Positions 41,001 through 52,194 of a DNA stretch of 64,000 nucleotides are shown one piece after another. This DNA comes from Macrostomum lignano. Taxonomy: Eukaryota. Made by a program: the position numbers and the translations under genes. The stretch spans positions 1-64,000 of the forward strand of contig NIVC01003921.1 of NCBI GenBank assembly GCA_002269645.1. Reading direction: 5' to 3'. The stretch's first letter is position 1, and the number at the start of each line of letters is the position of its first letter. Under the pieces are notes generated by a model, which was not told the origin of the DNA, ran no database searches, and was given only the letters and a program-made list of their open reading frames with translations.

Positions 41001-42615
41001 AACACGCTCTGGCAAGGGTGGATTGATTCTACAGGGTGGATTGAGGCGATTCTATAGGGTGGATTGAGGCGATTCTACAGGGTGGATTGAGGGCGATTCT
41101 ACAGGGTGGATTGAGGGCGATTCTATAGGGTGGATTGAGGACGATTCTATAGGGTGGATTGAGGGCGATTCTACAGGGTGGATTGAGGGCGATTCTATAG
41201 GGTGGATTGAGGGCGATTCTACAGGGTGGATTGAGGGCGATTCTACAGGGTGGATTGAGGGCGATTCTACAGGGTGGATTGAGGGCGATTCTACAGGGTG
41301 GATTGAGGGCGATTCTACAGGGTGGATTGAGGGCGATTCTACAGGGTGGATTGAGGGCGATTCTACAGGGTGGATTGAGGACGATTCTACAGGGTGGATT
41401 GAGGACGATTCTATAGGTAAGGTGGCTTAGTAAAGTATCTGCAATAAAATTGTGCTAAAGTCTTCAGTTGTCAGAAGCTGTTGGTACTGTTGTACTGTTG
41501 GCAGTAACAGACTTACTCTAAACAGTCGAGATTTCTCTCCGTTTCCATAGTAGGACAGTTTCACTTCGTATGGATGACCTGAGGAGAAAACATGACAGAA
41601 AAAGTACCTTGAATGAATAAAAATACCAATAAATACTAAATAGTATAATGCAAGTAGTATGTTAATATTGTATAATGCGAAAGGGGTATACTAATAAGGG
41701 TTGTAGCCTAGTAGTTAGAGTGTCGGACTTACGGCTGAAAAGTCGGGGGTTCTATTTCCGACCCACTCGGAACAATTTGTGTCCTTGAGAAAGACAATTA
41801 ACCCTGCATTGCTTCAGTTCACCCAGCTGTAAAATGGGTGCCAGCATTAGCTGGGGTAATTGAGGGTGTGTGGCGACCCCCAGTCTTTGGACTGAACAGC
41901 CGTACGCAGCCTTCAGATGCGCCCGCGCAATAGCTGCGGCTGAGCTGTCGGTTGCACATCTGCCCACTAGCATTAGGGCATATGTAAAGAAACAAGTAAA
42001 CTATTTAAATTAAAGAGCTAAAATGCAATCGAGGATCATCATAAAGTTTGGGGATTTGTGCAGTTTAGGGATTTGTGCAGTTTAGGGATCATAAACTTTG
42101 GGGATCATAAGTTTTGTTCATACACAGATTAAACCAGTGTTGCAATTAACACTAGCACTAATTCGCCTACCCTGATTAAGATAAGTCAGCGGCTCCTCAT
42201 TCACTTTGATAGCTGGCGAGGTGCAGGCGCACATGGATATATTAAATTTGCCGCTGTGCAACAGAGGTGGCTGCTGCTGCTGCATGGACTCCGACTGTCT
42301 ATTATCCATGCCAGAGAAGCTGGACGAATCTGTGGCAGCTTCATCGGTTGGCGGCAAAAACTTTCCAGGCGACAGCGACATGATGGCTTCAGACATGTTG
42401 AATGAGGAGGCAGCAAGATCGACGCCCAGGCCAGATAGGGAGCCCTCGAAGTTGGCCGCGAGGCCGTGGTCGATGTCGTCCATTTGCCACTCGCTCGTGA
42501 CCTGCTGCTGCTGCTGTTGCTTGGTGTCGCCAAGCTGTCGATTGGCATTGGAAACCAACTGCTGGGGCTTGGGATTAGCCAGGCTATTGATTGACATGAA
42601 TGTAATGGTTGGCAT
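38037..42615 (-). CDS. TFCP2: CP2/LSF-family transcription factor (TFCP2/UBP1/gemini-like)
   Basis: Exons (minus): 42615(start tentative)-42171, 41578-41517, 41008-40446, 39962-39562, 38904-38762, 38165-38037. Motifs [90 protein letters not shown]-like [35 protein letters not shown], and C-terminal [20 protein letters not shown]. The acceptor at 39962 is the least certain junction. Confidence 0.93.
38270..38715. repeat. Two adjacent intronic arrays (about 27-bp and 30-bp units)
   Basis: GTGAAGACCCACTGTCTGTAGGGGGAT-type units (38270-38545), followed by GGATCTGAGAAGAAGCAAAGCCAACTGTGT (38565-38715). Confidence 0.9.
39070..39430. repeat. 26-bp intronic minisatellite
   Basis: Unit CTGAGTAGGGATTTAGGGGAGATT(A/G)T, about 14 copies. 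Confidence 0.94.
41015..41415. repeat. 24-bp intronic minisatellite abutting a splice acceptor
   Basis: Unit CTACAGGGTGGATTGAGGGCGATT, about 16 copies, ending a few bases from the acceptor of exon 41008. Confidence 0.95.
41698..41980 (+). mobile_element. tRNA-headed CORE-SINE (MIR-like), family B copy 1
   Basis: tRNA-like head followed by TTTGTGTCCTTGAGAAAGACAATTAACCCTGCATTGCTTCAGTTCACCCAGCTGTAAAATGGG, which matches the MIR/CORE domain pattern. Near-identical reverse copy at 58031-58338. Confidence 0.85.
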
Positions 42616-42769
42616 ATTGCATTGTATAGCTAGTATTACATTTGATAACCTAATTTTAGCTACACTAACTTTACTTAAATAAAAAATAATTTAGTCAAAA
42701 AATAGATTTTTAAACATTTTTTAATATGTATAGATTATTTTTTTCATTTCTTGTTAAAGGTGGGGCACT

Positions 42770-43105
42770 TCACTTTAAATGACATTGTCATAGCTAATAA
42801 AGACATAAATGTCTATTCTGCTGACTCTCCTAAATAGGCATATAAGCACATGGATATATATGCTGTCATACACACAGGCACACACTCATACAGGAGTCTA
42901 CAGTAGCCCTGCTCCTAACTTTATTTATTGTTAGACATGTACACTTTACAAAGCTTAGGATTTGGCCTTCAATGGCACTAATTGTATGAATAAATCCGCA
43001 TTGAAATTTCAAGCTAGCCTCAAATTAATATAGCTATAAACTTAGAATTAAGCCTAGGCTATTGGCATATCTAAGCATTATGCTAGACCACTAGGCTATA
43101 CCCTT
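42770..43105 (-). mobile_element. SINE family A copy, heavily C-to-T/G-to-A decayed
   Basis: Collinear with 32350-32664 but AT-shifted, e.g. CCATTCCGCCGACTCCCCTGAGCAGGCATACAAG vs CTATTCTGCTGACTCTCCTAAATAGGCATATAAG. Confidence 0.75.
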
Positions 43106-43424
43106 TCTCCTAAAGAATTTTCTTATAAAACTTTAGTAAAAGAATAAGTAAAGTAAGTTTTATTTTTATCATCTTGAATTCAAATCTAAAAGAAATTAGG
43201 CTTAGTAATAAGGATAAAATAATGAAGCCTAGGCTTATTAGACTATTAGGGGCCTAATTACAATGTAATTATAATAGCCAAATTTCTAAAAGCTAGGCCT
43301 ATAAGTCTTAGCAATCAATTATATAGCTATGTTTGGCCTTGGGTAAGCCTTAGTTTAAACTGTTTAGTTGTATACAATATAGCTAATCATTTTAATTTAA
43401 GCCTAAAAAGTCTAATATTTTGTT

Positions 43425-44060
43425 GGAAGTGCTTATCCCCACGGTCCCATTCAGATAATTCCAATTTTATCCACACAGATCTGTGTCAATAATTTCTAGC
43501 TTATCCCCATAGCAGCTTATTGAAATAGCTACCACCATTCAAGTCTATAGGCTATGTCAATACTTCCAATTTTATCCACACAGATCTATGTCGATATTTT
43601 CCAGCTTAACCCCATGGCAGCTTATTGGAATAAAGAAACCTTAAAATGAAACTGTTCAAAAACTGTCTTTTAGTTTTTGACTGTTTTACAAATCTTCCAA
43701 ATAAACTATAAGTATTTAATACTAAATAATATCAAGTACTTTATTAAAAATTTTCGTCATCAAAAAGGTTAATTTTAAATATTTGCTTAGCTGCTGGCTT
43801 TGCTTAAAATGACCAAACAACCCAAAGATCAAGCCGAATGAGACTTGCAAAATTCAAAATGATATAATATTACTAATAATAATGACAATATCAATTTAAT
43901 GTCAGTATAATGTCAGTACACAAAACTAAACACAAACAACTGCATAATCTTAGCCATGGGGTCCGCATGGTGGGGAATGGGGATAAGCTAAAAATTATTG
44001 ACAGATCCGTATAGATAAAATTGGAATTATTGGCATAGGACCATAGGGATAAGCACTTCC
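43425..44060. mobile_element. MITE-like element with about 85-bp imperfect TIRs
   Basis: GGAAGTGCTTATCCC...GCTTATCCCCAT (43425-43510) is the reverse complement of 43977-44060. A partial tandem duplicate of the left arm lies at about 43562-43630. TSD is not clear. Confidence 0.7.
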
Positions 44061-44437
44061 TATTTGGTTGGCATTTTAAAGAATGGTATAGCTATCTAAA
44101 ATTATATATAAAATAGGCCTAACCATATCATATCATTTACCATATAAAAAAGTTAGGCCTAAAAAAAATACAAACAAAAATTTGTTAGAGCCTTGCCTAG
44201 GCCTTATTTTATTGACTAATTATTAAACACATGAATTTTTATTTCTGAAATCAATCATTTCTATTAGCCCCTCCTATATATTTAAAATGTAACAATATAA
44301 ATGTAATAAAGAGAAATCCAAACCATGGCATTTTTAAAGTACTAGACTACAAGATCTAGACTGCATAAATAAACTAAATAGGCCTAACCATAAAGTAAAA
44401 AAATTGATAAAGAGGCATTATTATGTACACATATTTA

Positions 44438-44629
44438 CACTCAGCAACAGTCAATACTGTGACCCTAGAAGTAGGGCCTAGAAACAGTGCGCCTGGGCGA
44501 GAGTTGGAGAACCTTGCATCATTGCAATGTCAGTACGCAGTAGGCCCCCCTAGGCCTACTCCCGATAGTTGGCTGAAGTCAATCGCTTGGCCAATTATTT
44601 AAGGTTGCAGTTTTGACTGTTGCTGAGTG
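44438..44629. mobile_element. 192-bp Tc1/mariner-type MITE
   Basis: Perfect 17-bp TIRs CACTCAGCAACAGTCAA / TTGACTGTTGCTGAGTG flanked by TA on both sides. Confidence 0.78.
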
Positions 44630-44647
44630 TATGATAGGAACTAGGGC

Positions 44648-45008
44648 CAGGGTTTTTTGTGCGCAGAGTGTGCGTATGCACCCTAAATTTTAAAATCGCA
44701 CCCTGAAATTAAAAAGTAGGTGCGGTTTAGGTGCGGTCTTATAACCATTTTTCTTTAAAGGCTTAACCATGCTTAAGCTATTTTTTATGCACTGCCTTAA
44801 AATATGAAACAAAATAACTCTTTAAATCCTTTTAAGTCATATAGGCGATATAGCCTATGGCTATAGCCTTATGTAAGATATTAAAATATACATTCCCAGT
44901 TGTCTGAAACAAGATTCAAGAGAAATTGCACTCTGAGCCTTAAAATCGCACCTTGAAATTTGGCACAAGGTGCGATTTCGCACCTTGCCTCTGGCGAAAA
45001 AAACCCAG
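44648..45008. mobile_element. Possible MITE (hAT-like ends)
   Basis: CAGGGTTTTTT..GCGCAGAG left end and CTCTGGCGAAAAAAACCCAG right end. ACTAGGG flanks both sides. Internal AATCGCACC/GGTGCG repeats. Confidence 0.5.
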
Positions 45009-45749
45009 AACTAGGGTTGTTAAGTCGTCATTCATTCCGTATCCAAATCCACATTCCACGAATACGAAACAGCAATACCACTTTAGGCGATATTTTACTT
45101 TAGCACTACGTAATGCTCAATTAATATATAATGTGAAGAGCCGTATAGTTTTTAGTTTGATGCATTTGACAAAGTAAGATTAATACTAATAGTTAATATC
45201 AATGCCTAATTAAATATGCAAATGATTTACAAAACAAAATCTCACGCCTGATAGAAACAAGTGTCAAGTAACAACATACAGTGGTCAGTGAGAAAAGTAT
45301 GCGGTGTACTTTTTCATGTCTATTGGAACTTTTAAGGATATGCAATAAATTTTGCATGTCTCTTAACTTACGCGTATTTCATTACTTATATCTACGCAAA
45401 TCTCGAGCTCTATTTAGGTACCGCAATATGTATCTTAATCTAAATATTGTATTTGTTATACCGACTTGTTTCACATTTAAAATAAAGAATAAATTTAAGC
45501 TATTGACAAGTCCGCGATTCTGTGATGGGGCTTCGCCCCAGCAGGACTACACAATAAAACAAGTAGGTTTTCTAATAATTTTTTGTAATGGGCTCATAAA
45601 ATTACTGATTGAATCTGTTTCTTTTGCTATCTTTTTTAAGCTCGTACTGTATAGTGTTAACCGCGCAGCGTTCCTGACGTCTATCGACGTATATGTATAC
45701 TTTTACATTACATCGACGGATAAGGACGTCATGCATACGTCGGCTGAGC

Positions 45750-47460
45750 AGGCCCAGTCGGTGTAATGCACAAATTTTCAGTGACGTCGAGTAAACAAAC
45801 AAACAGCCCTGCTGACTGTAGCAGCTCCTTGGAGGGGCAGCTGTGGATGACGGTTGTCTTTGAGCTGCGGGTTGATGGTGTAGGATTAGTTTCGGCTTCT
45901 CGGAACCGGTCGAGGGATTTATTACTGCATGAGACCATGCACTGCGCATTGGTATGTGTAGTCTTCGAAGTTGGTGGTAGGTACCCAGGCGCTTTTCTTG
46001 ATGCCGTAGTCATGCTCAAAACTTCTCTCGGATAGCGAAAGGGACTGGTTTAAGCTTCCGGAACACCGGTTTATTTTCCGAGCTGAACTTTAACGCAAGT
46101 TTAACTTGAAGTCCTTGTGAAATCCCAGTTCGTTTTTCCAGAGGTCCGGGAAACGACTTGACTTAGCTGCAGCTAGGGGGCATCCGGCGGATGCAGCGAG
46201 GAGGCGAAGGAGACCGCCCATTCCGCTAGCCCCTGGCGACCAATGACTTCCATCGAAGTGATGTCGCTCAGGGGGACCCATCGGTCTCGCTTGCAGCGCG
46301 GTCCTCCTCACCGGCGGTGGGGAAGAAATCAGCTCGTCCCGTGTCCCTGAGGCACCGCTCCTCGGGTACTTGGCCCTGAAGGAAGCGGTGGCGAGAGAAG
46401 CAGCCATGCCCGGAGAGGGCCATGCTAACTGCTCTGAGGTCTCTGCGGTTGAGCCTGAGGAGGGCTCTACGCAGGAGAGGAGAGGGGCAGGGAACGGAAA
46501 CACAGGATTGCCTACAATTCCGGGTGTCGTGCCACCTGCGGAGATGCTCGGAATCAGTCCAGCGCTTAACACGGGAGTTGATCACCGAGGCGGGGATGGG
46601 GCCCCTGGGCCCGGCCCCAGCAGCGCACCGGCGGAGCCAGCCTTGGCCAGCATGTCAGCGCGCTTCGCCTTCGGCGCAGCTCTGCCGCACAGGAGCTGAT
46701 GGCAGAGGTCCGGGAAATCGTACGCAAAATTTTGGCTGGCCTTTTGGCTTTTCCTATAAACGTGTGACCAGTTCAGCCTGTGGTCCAGGGTAATCTCTAG
46801 ACATTTAGTCTCTGCTTGCAGAAGGGGATTTCCCTTCCGTAAAGCGTTAGCGGCCGAATCTGCCACTTGGTTCTGCTAGTGAACATAATCGCTGCCGTCT
46901 TAGTCTCAGAGAGCGCTTAGACCACAACAACGATCCGCCCATTGCTCAGCGGCGTAAATGAAATTTTCAAGAAGGTCCCTGCATGAATGTATCAGGGGAC
47001 GGACGAGACGCCACCGCGGTGACATCGTCCGCATATCCTACTTTCAGAATGAGGTCAAGCCGAGCATCCCGAAGGACCTCGTCGATGACCATATTCCAGA
47101 GAGCCAGCGGTTCCCGAAGGCCCCGACCGCGCTGATGGCAGGTTTGCTGGGTGGTATACCAGTAGGGGTTTTTTTCCTGCTGGAGGGGTCGCTGTGGTTC
47201 CTTTTGGCCCGTCAGCACCCTCGCCCTCCCGAGGTTCTCCCTTCGCAGGTGGCCGGTGGCCGTCTTCCTTCTCCCATGTCCCGTTGTCGCCGCCGCCGCT
47301 CATTGCGGCGTTGGTTTCAAGCTCGTCGGGCCTCTGCGGAGGGCCCAGGTGCGCGTGCGGGCTTGTCGCTGATGGGGGCGGCACTGCAGGCGCCGGGATC
47401 ACCGGCTGCAGTTGCCGGGGTCCCGGCTTCAGCGGGATGATTAGGGGCGGTGAATGCCAT
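45750..47460 (-). mobile_element. Degenerate non-LTR retrotransposon (LINE; R1/LOA/I-like RT) remnant
   Basis: LWNMVIDEVL and VGYADDVTAV (YADD at 47024-47035), downstream TKCLEITLDHRLNW, and a decayed C-terminal EAET..H.CP region. Many stops, frameshifts and internal deletions. Clade assignment is tentative. Confidence 0.75.
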
Positions 47461-47769
47461 GGCTGAAAGCGGGAACGAGTGAGCAGAGTCACAAAGTGAA
47501 GGAAGAAAGAAAGAAAATGTGTTCGTCCCTTTGTCGGCGATAAAAGCCGACATGGGTTGCTTAAATTTATAATTGAGTAGATAGGGACAGGACGATATTT
47601 TTGAGATTTGGATAAAAATTCTCATTGAATATAAATAGGAGTAGATGTGTATGTTCAAAAAAATTTCCGGATCGACAAGATCACACACAATTTTCACATT
47701 AGCTTCTATGGTCACATAATTGGTTAATGAGTGGCCCATCTTGTGTATATGATCTTTGGTTTATACTAT

Positions 47770-48630
47770 AAATTGAGATTCCCAACTACTTTGTGGCAGT
47801 CCGGCCTAGCAGATTCAAGCGGGGCACCTGTGTGACTGTGTACTGTTGGGATGTCGTACTCAGCACATGAACCGGGTAGTGTCGTTTTCCCGACGAAATT
47901 CCCTAGTTCAGGCAAGTTGTGTCGCCGGCAGCCTCTTCCAGAAATATCCAACGATGAAGTTGCCGTTCTTTGCAGTGTCGACTTCAATTTTGAGAGCCTC
48001 ACGTTGAGTTTAAATCGACACGTTCAGCTTCGGCGGATCGTCCTTAGTACGAGCCATGGCATGTATGAGCACGTGCTCCTGATCGGCCAATTGTTACAGT
48101 GGCTTCTTGAAGTTAGTTTCCGGGACTGATTGCTGGTGATATCGTACTGATCCTTCATGAGCGCCACGATCTGGTCCATCAAAAGTTATCGTTGACGTAC
48201 TTGGGTGGCGTCTGCTGAGCAGCAAGTTTTCAGCAGTTTGTAGTTAGTTAGCGTCCGATTCGTCAGAAATCATTCCTCTGGGATGGAGTTTGATCAGATG
48301 GTTTGATCATGACTTACTCGGTCATATGTTTGGAGTAACTTGATGCCTCTCTCAGCGAACTGTCGTTGCAGAGTAGTGTTGTCCTCCTTGCGACGCCAGC
48401 GACGCCAGAAAAACCGCCCGTCGTATCTTTGGGTAAATGATCGACGAACAGAATATCCCAAATTATCAATGTAGTTCAGGCCGTTGAGAATTTTGCTCGG
48501 CAGCATATATATATCGGCACGACATATTGAGCATGCAAATGTATGCACTGTAAGTTCATTACTTCTATGGTGTAGTAAGCTACACGTAAGCTCCAGTACA
48601 GGTATTTTCACCTTAGAAAGATAATTTTAC
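47770..48630 (-). mobile_element. Possible DNA transposase remnant
   Basis: FAERGIKLLQTY (48333-48359) resembles the C-terminal (N)DxAERG(I/V)KL motif of invertebrate transposase-like proteins. The rest is disrupted. Confidence 0.35.
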
Positions 48631-49489
48631 ATTGTCGCCGTTTTTTTTCTGCGACAAAATTACTTGTAGGTAGTATACGTCCTTGCTCAGTTGTTTCGGA
48701 CATGAATCAGGCCATGATTGATATATTTATCAAATGCAATGGACCAAAGCAAAGATCATCCGAGAGATCTCAGTTCTTATTGATGTAGCTATATACGTTT
48801 TAATAAATAGAGTCTATGATAGATTGAGTCGCATGCATTCATTTTGTATATCAGTCGTCAGGCCAGACATATCTTATACTACAATATTAGTAAATGTATT
48901 TAGTCAAGGACCACTAGAGCACGAGCCCTGGGAAATCTGCGGTTACAATAATCTCAGATATAATAAGCTGCATTGATTGAAAACGCATAGTATGCATTGA
49001 TAATTGTACCTGAGGGAATTGCACGTGCAGGATGAAGGAATCGTTGAAAAGCTACCTGTGTATCTCGCTATTGGGCAAGCCATCCTTGGCCTATAAGCTA
49101 GCTGGCCTAGGCTGGATATTGAAGCTTAAGAAGCTTAAAATAAAAAGCAAGCAACGACTATAGGCCTTCTCCAATTTGCAAGTCTAATTAGTACTTAAAT
49201 TCCAACTAAATTGCTTCAAGCTCTGCTAAAAGTGCATGTACAGACTAGCAAGCTACACATACACCTGCAAAGAGGGCATCATTATTCGCAAACTATATAA
49301 CTTCGTCTACTGCAATCAATTTGCTGTGAGTAAATTATACGCTTTCGAACAAACAGGCCAAGTTAGAATAGTGGTATAGTATACATAATAGTTTAACAAA
49401 AATGGTTGAAAATTATCCAATGTGACTCAAGCTGGAACTGGTTTGGACAGGAATGCAGAGCCGCGATATAGGAAATCCTTTTGTGGAGA

Positions 49490-50090
49490 TCCTCCTACGG
49501 GAAACCCACCGACGGGAAATCCTCCAGCGGGAAATCCTCCAACGGGAAATCCTCCTACGGGAAACCCACCGACGGGAAATCCTCCAACGGGAAATCCTCC
49601 AGCGGGAAATCCTCCAACGGGAAATCCTCCAGCGGGAAATCCTCCAGCGGGAAATCCTCCAGCGGGAAATCCTCCAACGGGAAATCCTCCAGCGGGAAAT
49701 CCTCCAGCGGGAAATCCTCCAGCGGGAAATCCTCCAACGGGAAATCCTCCAACGGGAAATCCTCCAGCGGGAAATCCTCCAACGGGAGACCCTGCTACGG
49801 GAACCCCTAGCTCCTACGGGAAATCCTCCAGCGGGAAATCCTCCAACGGGTGACCCTGCTACGGGAACCCCTAGCTCCTACGGGAAATCCTCATACGAAA
49901 ATCCTCCTGCGGGAAATCCTCCTGCGGGAAATCCTTCTGCGATAAACCCTGGCTCCTACGGAAACCCACCTGAGGGAAACGCTCCAACGGGAAATCCTCC
50001 AAAAGGGAAATCCTCCTGCGGGAAATCGTCCTACGGGAAATACTTCTGCTGTAAACCCTCACACTGGAAATCCCTCAGTGGGAAATCCTC
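49490..50090. repeat. 15-bp minisatellite (CGGGAAATCCTCCA[A/G])n
   Basis: Homogeneous core 49510-49790 decaying toward 50090. Confidence 0.93.
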
Positions 50091-50614
50091 CAGCGGCAGA
50101 CCCTCATCAATGACCATCTCTTGGTATGACAATTATTCGTTTAATTGCTTCATAACTTAAGAAATTATAACTTTCTTTTTACTGTAGTTATAAGCCAGGA
50201 AGCGTATTTCTTCGGCTATATATATATGCTTCAATACCCACACAGAAGCGTGCTAGTTATAGACGTGCCCAGATATAGGGTGCCAGCCTAACAAATGGAT
50301 CAGGCGAGCGTGTATGAGTGTAAAAATAATTCAACATGACAACGAACTGTAGAGTCTGAAAGCATCCAATTAAGTTTGCTAGCCAGTATAGTTTTTTCTC
50401 ACCGAATACACAGCTCGGTTTCGGAAGCTTGTGTTGTGACTGTGAAACATGTAATGTATAGTAAGGCCAACTACTCTTTAGCGAATGTTCGACTCAAGGC
50501 CACGTGTAATGATCAAGGTCGTTAGCACTCGGCAGTTAGTTGACACCTAGCACAGAATTTTGTAATTTATACAGGGCCATAGAATGTTATTAATTGTAGG
50601 TCACGTGATCTGCC

Positions 50615-51010
50615 GTTTCATCTGACAGGGCGCTATTTCATCTGAAAGAGTGCGATTTCATCTGATAGGGCGCCATTTTATCTGACAAGCGCCATTTCAT
50701 CTGACAGGGCTCCATTTCATCTGAAAGAGTGCGATTTCATCTGATAGGGCGCCATTTCATCTGACAAGCGCCATTTCATCTGACAGGGCTCCATTTCATC
50801 TGAAAGAGTGCGATTTCATCTGATAGGGCGCCATTTCATTTGACAGGGCGCTATTTCATTTGACAGGGCGCTATTTCATTTGACAGGGTGCCATTTCATT
50901 TGACAGGGTGCCATTTCATTTGACAGGGTGCCATTTCATTTGACAGGGTGCCATTTCATTTGACAGGGTGCCATTTCATTTGACAGGGCGCCATTACATC
51001 TGACAGGCGC
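50615..51010. repeat. 20-bp minisatellite with about 59-bp higher-order block
   Basis: CCATTTCATCTGACAGGGCG units; a triplet block containing GAAAGAGTGCG is repeated three times. Confidence 0.9.
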
Positions 51011-51265
51011 CGTTTCATTGACAGGTTGCTATTTCATCTGATGGGGAGCCATTTCATTTGACGTGGCAAAATCAGGCAACCGTTTTCGAGCCAGCTGCGG
51101 CAAATAAAAAGTAATCATTGCTCTTTGAAAAATTCCGCACAATTGCCTTTCTAAGGAAGTTTCTCTCCTATTGACTGAATTTCCATTGTATAGGGAGGAT
51201 AAAATGAAAAAGAAGTCGTCTTCCCGTTTCAATAGACTCTTTCGTGAGCTGATGAACAATTTTAG

Positions 51266-52194
51266 ATTTCCACATGCCCATGGGCCCGTGCCTGTGCCGA
51301 GAACCGCCAGACAATACCCCCACGACTCCGCCTCTGCGACAAGAAATCGGCCCGGCGGAGGCGGCAGCAGCCGGGACCGCTCTGATTTCAGCTGTCGATG
51401 ACAGCAACGAAGAGTCGCGCAGTCGACGGTCGAGCAAGTATTGTCGGCAAACATCGACGGAAGGGTCTGGCCAACGTTTTATTGATGCATGTACAATGTC
51501 CTATAATGTAGTTTCAGATCCCCCTCACAAGTGGCAACGTGAGTCGGAGAGGATCTCGATCAATAAGTATCAATTTCATATTTTCCTCATAAATCTATAA
51601 GTTCCATTGTTTATTCAATGCTATGACTTTTATGCTCATAATGAGCATGGGGCGCAGACAAGATTTTCTATTGGGGGTACTATTGTACGCGGGGGTGCCA
51701 GCACCAAGGGGCGCCAGCACCAAGGGGCGCCAGCACCAAGGGGCGCCAGCACCAAGGGGCGCCAGCACCAAGGGGCGCCAGCACCAAGGGGCGCCAGCAC
51801 CAAGGGGCGCCAGCACCAGGGGGCGCCAGCACCAGGGGGTGCTAAATCGCCGTGAATTTTTGCCAGCTTAGCTATCATAGGAGGCGCAGCCCACTTTGCC
51901 CTCCCCCTGGCTACGCCCCTGATACGAACTGGAAGGGTGGCGGCCTTAAGAATCAGGATTGAATGCGCAGACTGCTAACTCGCTAACTGACCCCTCAAAA
52001 ACGCAATCTCCAGGTGCCCAACAGCTTCAGTCACGGAGCTGCCAGCATTCGGGCAGATTCCCGACAGCCTGCCGGAGGACGCGCGACGCGAACTCAAGAC
52101 CTTGGAGGGCTTGGTCATTAGCGGCTTCCTGTCGTTGGAAAAGTACCAAGAGATTAGCTCGGCGATCATCGAAGCCGAGGCGGATGCCGATTAG
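51266..52194 (+). CDS. Putative orphan spliced gene (3' exons) ending in a DMAP1-binding/SHOCT-like helical hairpin
   Basis: Phase-consistent chain 51266-51437, 51518-51538 (21-nt microexon) and 52014-52194 (CTAAC branch-like motifs, CTCCAG acceptor), giving ...SPSQVATCPTASVTELPAFGQIPDSLPEDARRELKTLEGLVISGFLSLEKYQEISSAIIEAEADAD*. The 5' end is unresolved. Confidence 0.45.
51645..51920. mobile_element. Small TIR-like element containing a 16-bp array (GCGCCAGCACCAAGGG)n
   Basis: Right end TGGCTACGCCCCTG and a degenerate left end CATGGGGCGCAG. Array at 51700-51840. Lies in the putative intron 51539-52013. Confidence 0.5.

Noticed and set aside
49422-50160. GNPP-repeat 'mucin-like' ORF
   Set aside because: 15-bp array open in several frames, a non-ATG start, frame switching where the array decays and no clear splice sites. 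Coding use cannot be fully excluded.
51029-52169. Minus-strand ORFs 51029-51454, 51168-51437 and 51975-52169 as a gene
   Set aside because: No recognisable motif and weaker splice support. The plus-strand reading has consistent phases and more natural codon usage.
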